From the NCBI RefSeq assembly GCF_009914755.1, contig NC_060936.1: DNA of 64,000 nt; one strand, given 5' to 3'. Positions 53,715 through 64,000 of the stretch are shown one piece after another. Position 1 is the stretch's first letter. Each line of letters starts with the position of its first letter. The stretch is from the human T2T-CHM13v2.0 reference genome, Homo sapiens. The translations under genes and the position numbers were made by a program. The notes under the pieces were generated by a model that saw nothing but the letters and a program-made list of their open reading frames with translations, did not search any database and was not told the DNA's origin.

Positions 53715-55491
53715 TCACACACATGAGAAGAGGCTCTAGCTTCCTTTGTGGTCACTACCTCTAGTCTTCAATCACCAAGAAAAAGTCAGGAGTTGAAAGG
53801 CCAAACCGTGTACCATTATAAGCAAAGCTGCAAACTGACAAGTCAGTCCAAGGCTTACAAAGCAGTGTTTGTACGGTGCTTTCATAGGCTTGGTTGGGGG
53901 TGATAAGTACAAATTTCCCACGCAAATATATGTAAAGCTGGTGTTTAGTAAGCTTGTAATAAACGGGAGTGTTTATAACTGCTAAACATAATGATAACAC
54001 TGGAACTCTTTACAAGAAAGCAAAACTAAAAGTGTGTGAAGAAACTGCCCGGCCACGTGCTGGGCTGTCCCCATCATCAGGCCCGGGAACGTAAACTCCT
54101 GCACCTTAGCTCCCTCGTGATCGACAGTCATCCAGAAAGCATATCACCTAAGCCACATCTCCCCCTTTTCCCAAAGCCCTGTCAAAGCTCGTCACTTTGA
54201 GTCAAGGAAAGCACTTGCCCTGGGAAGTCCTTCCTGTGAAGCCACCCTTATCCCTGCCATGCCTGAGCCCCAGACCCTCAACCCACCTCAGCCTCCGTCC
54301 AGTTACAAATCCCAGGCCAGTCCATCGCCTGGACTCTGGCTTCCCCACCCAGTTTCTCCTCTTCTGCTCTGCCTTGTCACCTCCTTTCCTCCTCGCTCTC
54401 CTGCTGCATCGCTCGGGAAGAAAGCCTGCTCCCCGAGAGGCTGGGCAGCAGAGGTACGACCATGCTCTCCTTCTACCTGAGAAAACCCAGGCCCAGGGAA
54501 GCCTCGCCCCTTGTCCAGGGTCACATTTCTTGTAAGTATTACATACTAAATATGTAATACATGGGACATGCAGGGACTTGAAGCCATTTCATTCTACTGT
54601 GAATAGTAGAATATTATGTTTCAGGGTCTAGACCCGAAGTCATCAGCTCCAAGAGGAGACTCTAAGATTTCTCATGGTGACTAGAAGCCTGTTAGAACAC
54701 CTCCTAGAGACACACAATTGCATCCAGACTTAGAGGCATGTGGGAAAAGTAAATAAGAAAGGGAATGAGGAAAGTAACACAAGATATCATTTATATGTTC
54801 TGCTTCAAATTGTCTTTTCTGAGGGGTTTTTAGGACACAATACATCACACTTCCCTGTCCCTTGTTGTATTCAATCTTTCCAAAAGCTATGGCAGTAATG
54901 AAGGGTCTGGAAATGTCCTTCCACCTGCCATGTGAAGCTTCCAGCTGAGCTACAAGGAAAACCTAGACAGACAATCTTGAGAACCACGTGGGTGCACCAT
55001 CACCTCCAGAGTCTCTTGGCCCTTTCTCTCCGTGATCTCGTCCACTCCATGAGTCCTTCTGATGTCATGCTAGAACTCCCGTAAGATTGTGTGCTTGGTC
55101 CTTAGAGCCTCCGTATGTTTTTCTTTCATTCCATAGGAGCACTATTTCAATGGGTATGGCCTCACACCCTCCTCCTGTCTCCATTTCCTTTAATCACATC
55201 TTAAGCCCCTGCAATTGGGCATCTGCCCAAACTCCTCTTCTGTACCTGCTCCCTCAATAGCCAGTGACCTTCTTCCCAAATCTGGTGATATTTCCAAGCC
55301 TCCCCTCTTCCCAGGCCTCCCTGAAGCAGGTGGCCCAGCTGATGTCTCCTTCCTTCAGGAAATTGTCTACATCTGGTCCTCTCTTGCATGCTCAGTTGTA
55401 TTCCCTTCTTTAGGGAAGAAAGTAGGCTATGAACTAGCAAAGCAATGCCCTATTTCTGCCTTTGCTGCTTCCTGCTCCACCCTGACACATA

Positions 55492-55514
55492 CTCTCACTC
55501 TCTCTCACTCTCTC

Positions 55515-55562
<48 letters not shown>
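55492..55562. repeat. Imperfect (CT)n microsatellite
   Basis: Read directly from the sequence. Confidence 0.93.
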
Positions 55563-55574
55563 ACTGCTCCCTAA

Positions 55575-56081
<507 letters not shown>

Positions 56082-56189
56082 TGATGTCTTTCGGATTCAG
56101 TTACAAGGAGGGATAAATACACTCCTTACCAACCAAAAGCTCCATGAGCCTTTGGACCTGGCCCTTTGAGTTCTATCCTGCCACACCCC

Positions 56190-58018
56190 ATTTTTGGCTT
56201 GTTGAGGAGACCAGCTATTGCTATCGGCTTCTGTCAATCGACTTACCAGTCACTCTGTGTCTCGCTTTTATACCATTACCATGGATGAGGTAGCTCTCTT
56301 CCTGACAAAGACCACCCTGTCCATGTGCGCCCCAGATCCCACCACTATCCTAGCATTCTCCCCTCTCTTCTGAATCATCAGCTCTCCTCTCTATACGGGA
56401 TGAATCCCATGAGCCTTCAGACCTGCTCCCATCTTACACATGCACGCACGCACACACAGGACACCGCTCTTAACCCCACTTCCTCCCGTTTCTCTCCTTC
56501 TCTACACAGCAAAACTCCTCTAAATAGTTGTTCTTGCTCACCATGTCAGACCTCTCTTCTCCCACATCCTCTGTTGGAGTCATTCTAATTAGGACTTCAC
56601 AGCACCCAGGCCCTCCTACTCTCTCTCCGATGCACAAACCACCAGCGCCAAAACTGTTCTTATCAAGGTCACCAATCATCTCTTCACCATGACATCCTAT
56701 GGTCATTTCTAAGTCCTCATCATCCTGGACACCTCAGGTAACACATGGCACAGTTGATCTCTCCATTCTTCTGGAATACATTTTCCTCACTTGGCTTCTG
56801 AGAAGACTTCCCCCCCAGGTTTTCCTCCAGCTTTCCTGGATACTCCTTTCCAGTTTCCTTGCTGATTCCATCTCAGGTCCCCACCTTGTAATGTTAGAAT
56901 GCCCAGAGCCCAGTACTCCGATCTCTTCTTTTTTCTAATTCTACTCTCTTCTTTGGTGATCTCATTCGGTCTATGAGTTTTAAACATAATCAATATGGTT
57001 TTGATGCCCATGTTTATAATTACACATGCACATGCCCAATTGCCTATTCACAATCTCTATTTGAATGTTTAATCGGTATCCGAATGTATCAAAAAACAGA
57101 ACTCCTGGTCTGGATGCCAAACCTGCTCCTTCCACAGCCTTTCCCAGCTCGGTTAATGGCCATGGGTCTGGTTGCTCAAGCTTAAACCCTTAGAGCTTCC
57201 TCTCACATGTGCTCTCTCTCTTTTGATGCCTCTGCAAATCCTGTTCACTTTACCTTCAAATTATGTGCAGAATAGAACCATGTTCTGCTGTTTCCAAGGC
57301 TACTCCCTAGCCCAGCCACTATGTGACAGCCCCCTAACTGCTCTCCCGCTTCTGCCCTAGCTGCCTACATACTATTCTCAACAGAATTCTCAGTGTTATC
57401 CTGTTCAACTATAAGCTTGATCATGTCACTTCCCTGCCTCCCAGGATAATAAGAGCAAAAATCAGTATTCAACACGATGTCCTGCAAGTCCCTCCACAGT
57501 ATGGGCGCTTGTCACCTGTCAGACTCCATGTCTAATGGCTGTCTCTTTTGCATACTCTGCTCCAGCCATCCTGGCCTCTGCTCGCCCTAAAACATGCCGG
57601 GCACAGTCCACCTCGGGGTCTATGCACTTGTTCTTCCCTTCACCTGGAATGCTTTTCTTCAAAAAATCCCCATGGCTTGCTTTCTTACTTCCTTCAGGCC
57701 TGAATTGAAATTTCACTTTCCCTGTGAAGAGGCCTTGATTACCTTCTTTAAATACCCCCCTCTCCCAGCCTCAAAGTTTCATAACCATCAGTTACCCTGC
57801 TTGATTTTTCCCACAGTCTTATTACCAGTTGACCAAAGATATTTACTTACTTGGTTTTTTCACTTGTCTATCTCTCCTTACTGAAATGTAAGTTCCATGA
57901 TGGCAGGGATTTTTGTCTGTCTGGTTCAATTCTGAATTCTCATTGCCTAAACTGTGTCCGACATGTAGTGTGTGCATAATAAATACATATTCACAGAGTG
58001 ACTGAATGAATGGATGGA
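56190..58018 (+). mobile_element. Long L2 (L2a-like) relic with 3' tail
   Basis: aaactgttcttatcaaggtcaccaat..., ending ...ataataaatacatattcacagagtgactgaatgaatggatgga. Confidence 0.82.
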
Positions 58019-58949
58019 TCTCTCCCTTCAAAATGATATTCAGATTCCCTCTATAGTCTTCATTCTAACTACCAGCCCCCATTCTGGACTTACCCCTTGA
58101 GGTCTGTGTTTCTGTGATGTTCTATGCACTGGGTATCCCTCTAACACCAGAACCAAGATGAAAAAACAGATTTCCTGATCCTCAGCCTAGGTTCTGTCCA
58201 CTCTATGATCTACGACGTGCATATTTTCAATGGTCTGTTAGTGGTGCCTAACCACGAAGGCAGGCTTAGCCAGACATTCTGATCGTGCCCAAGAGTCCTA
58301 TTTAGAAGGTCATATGAACAGGCTCTCTTGCCCATACATACAGGCTTTAAAAAGTTGAATGATGTTCTTGTTAGACTCTGTGGTTTAAGAAACACAGTGC
58401 AAAAGGGAGTCCATTATTGGGAATGGAGGATCCTGGGACAAGCTGAGTGAAACAAGCACACTCTTTTTCGGAACCTCTTAAGATTCTGGGAGGCCCTTTC
58501 CAGGGGAATAATAAGGCTGAATTGAGTGCAAGAGACATATCTTTGATTTTCATAACCTTTGCTCCCTTCTTTTCCATATGGCAGAAGGCTTTCTCTCAGA
58601 AACCAGGAAAAACAATGGAGTATCAGCATAGCCTAAGGCAGTGCAAACTCAAACATCTAACAGGACCAAGCGGGGAATATAAATGAGGGGGAAGGTGGGG
58701 ATTGGGGCAACCTGGATAGGGCAGATCGCCACTACTCCACTTGGCCAATGGTTTCCATGGGGGAAATGTAGGGCCAGAGGTTCTCAAAAGTAGCTAGGAT
58801 TCTAGAAGTGAACGTAAAATCTCCTAAGTTATAAATGTCGGCAATAAATCTAAACATTTTTTTAAATGCCATAGGGTCCAAAAAACACATCTTTGGGTGG
58901 AATGGTTTTGTGAGCTGCTTACCTATACCCGTAATGTAGGAAAAAGCAC

Positions 58950-59130
58950 ATGAGCAGTCCAATCACACTGCCTGAGTTTGACCCTTGGTTCTACCCACTG
59001 GTTTACAAAGTTACTCTAAGTCACTTAACTTAAGCTTCATTTTTCTCCATCTCTAAATCAGGACAGTGCTTCCAGGACTGACATGAAGATTAAATGAAAG
59101 AACGTAGTTGCTACTCAATATTAATTGTCC
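58950..59130 (+). mobile_element. MIR
   Basis: aagtcacttaacttaagcttcatttttctccatctctaaa...gaagattaaatgaaa. Confidence 0.7.
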
Positions 59131-59559
59131 TTGTTTTTTGGATCTCTGCTCCCTCCCTTTTTTCTCATTGCACAATGAACTAGAAAAAACAGTTCCTCCA
59201 CATTCTTATTTAAAGCAAATTAAGCAACGCTTTTTATCATTTGTCAGATTTTTTTTTACCATGATGAGCCTAAATACACTGTACTGGTTTCTAATCAGAC
59301 CTCATTTGCAGCTGTGATTTTTGTGGTGGTTGTTGTTGTTGTACTATTTTGTTTTGTTTTGTTGTTTTGTTTTCAAAGAATGAGAGGACAGAAGAAGCAT
59401 TAAAGCAACATTCTTTCCAAAATTAAATTCTGGCAATACAGTCTCCAGTGATCCTGACTAGGAAGCAAAGGGAAGACCCCGAGCCAGCAGGGGAAGCCCT
59501 CCAGCACTCTCAGGTTTTCAAAGAGCCTTTACAAAAGCACTAAGCAGGGCACATCACCG

Positions 59560-61792
59560 GAGAAGAAAAGCAAAGAGTGTCACAGGCTTGTAGCCATAGT
59601 GTTAGCAAGGCTGGGGCTCAGAATGAGCTGAGACTTGCAAAAAATGCTCAGGAACAGCAAAAAGAGCTTTGTGCAAGTATATTCTGAGCAGGAAGAATAG
59701 GGAAGGGCCAGATCCTGTGCTTGGGGCAGATGGTGTAATGCTAGCAGATGACAGATACAAAGCAGAATTATGCAACTCCTACTTAGCTTCCATCATCTCT
59801 ATCTCTCAGAATGATCTTCAAACTGGAAAGAACAATATAAACACTGCAAAGAAGCAATTGCAGCCCTAGTTATGAAGCTCTTTAGAAAATGAATACCTGG
59901 GCTCTCTAAATAAGCTTAGATCTCCGGGCCCTGACAAATTCCATCCCTGGGGACTGAAAGAATTTGTAGATTTAATCATAGAATGATTGTCAGTAATCTT
60001 TCAGGAATCTCAGGAGTGATGCCAGAAGATTAGTGATGGGCAACTGTCCGAGTTGTCAAAAGGGGAAATATGTAGGTTTGGGGAACTTTGCACTGTTGAG
60101 TTTAACTTTGATCCCCAGCAAACTGTAAGCTGCATTATTAAGGAGTTAGATTACAATCGCTTTGAAAAGGAAGTGGTAATCTCAAGAAGCCAGCACAGGT
60201 TATGTAGAACAAACCATGTCATACTAACATCACTTCACATTTTTTTCTTTTTTGAAAGATTACCAAAACTCTCAAGATTGTCCCAGAGGTAGTGAATCTT
60301 TCAACAGGGCTTCCGACAACACATTTTATGGTACAATGAATGGATAGGGCCTGGGTGATCTATGGCTTGGTGAAGGCACAGCTAGGCAAACCATTGTATC
60401 CAAAAAGCACTGGACAGGCGGGGCCAAGTCAACTCAGAGAGAGGTGTAGCACAAGATGCCGCTAGTCCTTGTTTGGTGCCCGGTTCTGTGAAAATCCTTT
60501 CAATGACATGAAAGAGATGCCAACATATAAATATGAGTTGACACAAAATGAAGAAGTCTAAGTAATATGCCGCATGACAGAAACAGGATATGGTGGTTTG
60601 CCTGAACAAGGAGCCAAAATAAGCATGATGGAATTTAATGGAGAAAATGCAAGTTCTTCATATTGATTAAAAAAAAAAAAACTCAGTTATTCAAATTATT
60701 GACAATAGTTAATGGGAAAAAGTCTTGAAGATTGTAGTTAACAAAAAGCCCAACATGAGCCAAAAAATTCTGACATGGCTACAAAACAACTAGTGTTTGC
60801 CAGGTAGCATAAGGGGAATTGTAACAGGCAGAGCAAGGGTGATGAGGGTGCCATTGGCCCATCTGCCTCAGAGCATGAGGGCTTATTCCTGGTACCATGT
60901 TTCTTCTTCACATTCAACTTTGTGGTCTTTGTATTTTGTAAATCACGAAAGCAAAATATATTCATAGTAGAAAACTTAGAAGTACAGAAATGTATGAAGA
61001 AGAAAACGAAAATTAGCTCTCATCATTTGGAGATCACTACTGTTATCATTTTGGTATATGTCCTTCAAGTCTCTTCTGGAGACTTGTGTTCCATGAGGCA
61101 CATGGAAGTACTAAAAATGTGGGTTAGGTAGTGTTTATATTCTACATTAAAAAACTAACATTATGTCCTGAATTATTTCCTCAACTTACATATTCTTTGA
61201 AACCCAGTTTTAATAGTTATACAACATACTATTGTGTAGATATGCCATAATTTGTTTGAATTGACTTGCTCTTGGACATTTAGGCTGTTTCCACTTAGAT
61301 GTGGTGGCAGGAAGGTGGCACTAGATTTTAAAAGGGGATACTGACAAAGCAGTGATCAGTCCAGGGAGGATAACTGGACTAGTGAAGCATCTCAGAAACC
61401 ACGACCTGAGAGGGGCAGTTCAGAAAACCGGGAACGTTTATTCCAGAGAAGGGCACACATAGACAACTCTGATAGCTGTCTTCAAACCCTTGAAAAGCTG
61501 TCAAATGAGAAAGGGAGTGAATTAGTTTTGTGTTGTTCCAGAGGGCTGAACTAAGACAAGTGGACAGAGGCTGAAGGGAGTCTGATTTCAGCTCTATTTC
61601 TAACAATGCCCACTGTCCACAGACAGGCTGAGCTGCTTTGTGAGGGAGTAACATCTCCATGACAGCAAGGTGCAAGCGGAGATAAGACAACCACCTGGGT
61701 CAGGAACTTGTAGAGAGGATTCCTACATGGAGTGGGAGACTGAAATAATAACCTCAAAGATGCCTTCCAATCAGAAGATTTGGTGATTCTTT
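59560..61792 (+). mobile_element. L3/CR1 LINE relic (interrupted by an L1ME-like piece at ~60930-61300)
   Basis: KAELCNSYLASI (59669 ORF), RSPGPDKFHPWGLKE (~59918-59962) and CR1-like 3' end ccttccaatcagaagatttggtgattct. Confidence 0.8.
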
Positions 61793-62694
61793 CTGAGTTA
61801 TCAAACTGCCTTCCTTTGACCTTGCTCACATGTAGAAATCCAAGTCAGGTAAGGAGCAAAGAAGTCAATGACATTAATCTCACTGCTAGAGTAAGCACTG
61901 TAGCTCAGAACTAGAACACACGTCTGTGTACTTGGCCTTGGCTCATATCTAGGTAGTTTTTTACAGTCAGCAAAGCACTTTGCAGATAGAACTTATAGTT
62001 TAATTCTTGTAACAGCTTTGGGAAGTAGATATTGACATCATCCCACTATTAAAGTTGAGAAAATTGAGGCCCAAAGTGCTGGAGTGACAAAACCCAGCCA
62101 TCCACCTCTAGTTCCTTGCCACTTCCCAGGATGCAATGCTGCTGTTCTCTGTGTGAGTTCCTAGTGCACTCTTTGATGGGCTGTGAAGGTTCTTTGTCCT
62201 TTACACTCTGTATTTGGTGTCTCTTCGGCTACAATTTAAACACTTTAGGACAAGGGTTTAAGGGCATGTTATTTTTCTTTTGTATCCCATCCTCCCACCG
62301 CCCAGTGATCTTTCTAAAATGCACATCCGATCATGCCAGCCCCCTGTTTTGAGTTCCTCTTAGGCTTCTTGTTGCTTGGCACAGAGATGCCAACCCATTT
62401 GGGAGGGACTGCGGATCCAAGAGTGGTGCACATTTCAGAATCTTGGGAGGAAGTGAAGTACGACTTATAGCATATAGAAGCAATACAATAATTATTTGAA
62501 AAGAAAAATCAAAGCAATTTGTTCATGAATACGTTTGTTTTGCTTACCAGAGCTATATATAGGCAATACTATAATTCTCGACACTTTTAGGAGAGCACAT
62601 TATTTTGAGGGTGCGTGAGACTTTCATTTTCATCAAAGAAGCCATGAATTTTGTTGTTGTTTGTGGAACCACAATCTCAAAAGTGAAAACATGC

Positions 62695-63945
62695 CATCTC
62701 TCATATCTCAGATTTCCATATATGTATGGGCTTGTGTCTGGACTCTCTTTCGTCTTCTGTTAGTTTGTGGCTTCTGTGCCACAGTCATGCCATCTAATTA
62801 TCATGGCTTTATAAAATGTTTTGCTCTCTAGTCGGACAGCTGCCTCCACTTCTTTTCCTCCAAAATTGTTTTTGAACCTTTGTTCTGTTACATTAATTTT
62901 AATATGAGCATTTCCAGTTCCATAAAAAAAGTATTTTGATTTTGATTGTAATTACACTTGATTAATATATTAAAATTGAAGGACAGCTGACAACCTAATG
63001 ATATTGAGTCGTCCCATCCATTTATTTGGATGTGGCAGGACCTCTTGGTTGCCTACTCATCAGTACTAGCCCACTCCACTTCCTTTCTTATCTACAGAGA
63101 ATGCTTCCCATATTAGAGACTGAAAATATGAGAGATTTTCCTATTCTTCCATAGGCATGGCCTCATGACTCAATCCTGGGGGACATGAGATAAAGGTTTA
63201 TGGGAAAAGTTTGATAACAAAAAAATAGATGTGCAAAGAGATACTTCTTTTACTTCCTCTGGAATAGAGTCATGTGAAGAGGTCTTTACACATAGACTCT
63301 AACTATGACATCAATCCTGAAACTGGGAGAGGACAAACCTGAGATAAAAGCCTTGTTGGAGATGCTTCAGCAGAAAGATGGAAAGATCCTGAGTGTTTGA
63401 TGACATCCTTGAGTTGCAGGATTAAGCAACCCTGAACCTGCCCATGCTGGGCTTCATGTAATGTGAAGTAATAAATATTACTTCAAGACACTTCCTGTTG
63501 GATATATGTTACTTGCATGTAAAAACACCTTAATTAATATACCATGTCTTGTTCTATTTCCTTCAATAAAATTTTATTATTTTCTTCACAGGCATCCTAC
63601 ACATTTTTGCAAATATGACATTTTTGAAGATTACATTTCTAATTGTCTATTACTGGTGATTAAGTAGGCTATTGATTTGTTTGTTGGTCTTATATCCAGC
63701 TTAGTGATCACTCATTAATTCTAATAGTTTATAAAGTGTCCTACGGACTATTATATCATCTGAAAATAAGAACAGCTTTCTTTCTGCTTTTAAATTCTTA
63801 TATTATGTATTTTTCTTGCCTTATTACATTAACTTATACTTCAGATACAATATTGAAAAGGAGTAGATATGGTAAGCAGCTGTTTCCTCCTGACTCTGAT
63901 AGGAATAATTATCAAGTTTCAGCTTTCAGGACCTTTCCATAGCAC
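62695..63945 (-). mobile_element. Ancient L1M fragment with an inserted MLT1-type LTR (~63030-63540)
   Basis: Antisense L1 (tttccatatatgtatgggcttgtgtctggactctc; atattgagtcgtcccatcca). MLT1-like segment gcagaaagatggaaagatcctgag...tgttacttgca. Confidence 0.62.
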
Positions 63946-64000
63946 AACTCTAGGGGGCACCATTCATAGTACTTTGACATTATGAGTGGTTTTGTAATAT

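Overview
This is primate (almost certainly human) genomic DNA, mostly transposable-element debris, with two genic anchors. (1) A CpG-island promoter at ~35.7-36.2 kb carries a minus-strand first coding exon, ATG TGG GAA GCG AAT CCA|GTGAGT (MWEANP). I recognise this as the N-terminus of PARP11, so bases 1-35873 are PARP11 intron 1. (2) Antisense inside that intron lies a ~7.5 kb full-length processed copy of OTUD4 (OTUD4P1/HIN1L, 1415-8953), inserted with a 21-bp target-site duplication (TSD) into an old L1. It keeps a CpG-rich promoter-like 5' end, an open 443-codon frame with the OTU catalytic residues, and the whole 3' UTR. The rest is nested repeats: a full-length L1PA with open EN-domain and ORF0 frames inside a Tigger4, Tigger1 inside Tigger2/MER8 next to MER2, a Charlie-type hAT relic, MaLR/ERV LTRs, L2, two L3/CR1 relics, MIRs and about 20 Alus. 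Best leads: the OTUD4-retrocopy/PARP11 sense-antisense arrangement, a transposon-derived ISRE/IRF cluster in PARP11 intron 1, L1 antisense-promoter/ORF0 output towards PARP11, a chimeric Alu inside one TSD, and several template-switch palindromes. Gene identities, repeat subfamilies and parent-protein comparisons are recalled from memory, not searched. Repeat boundaries without TSDs are approximate.
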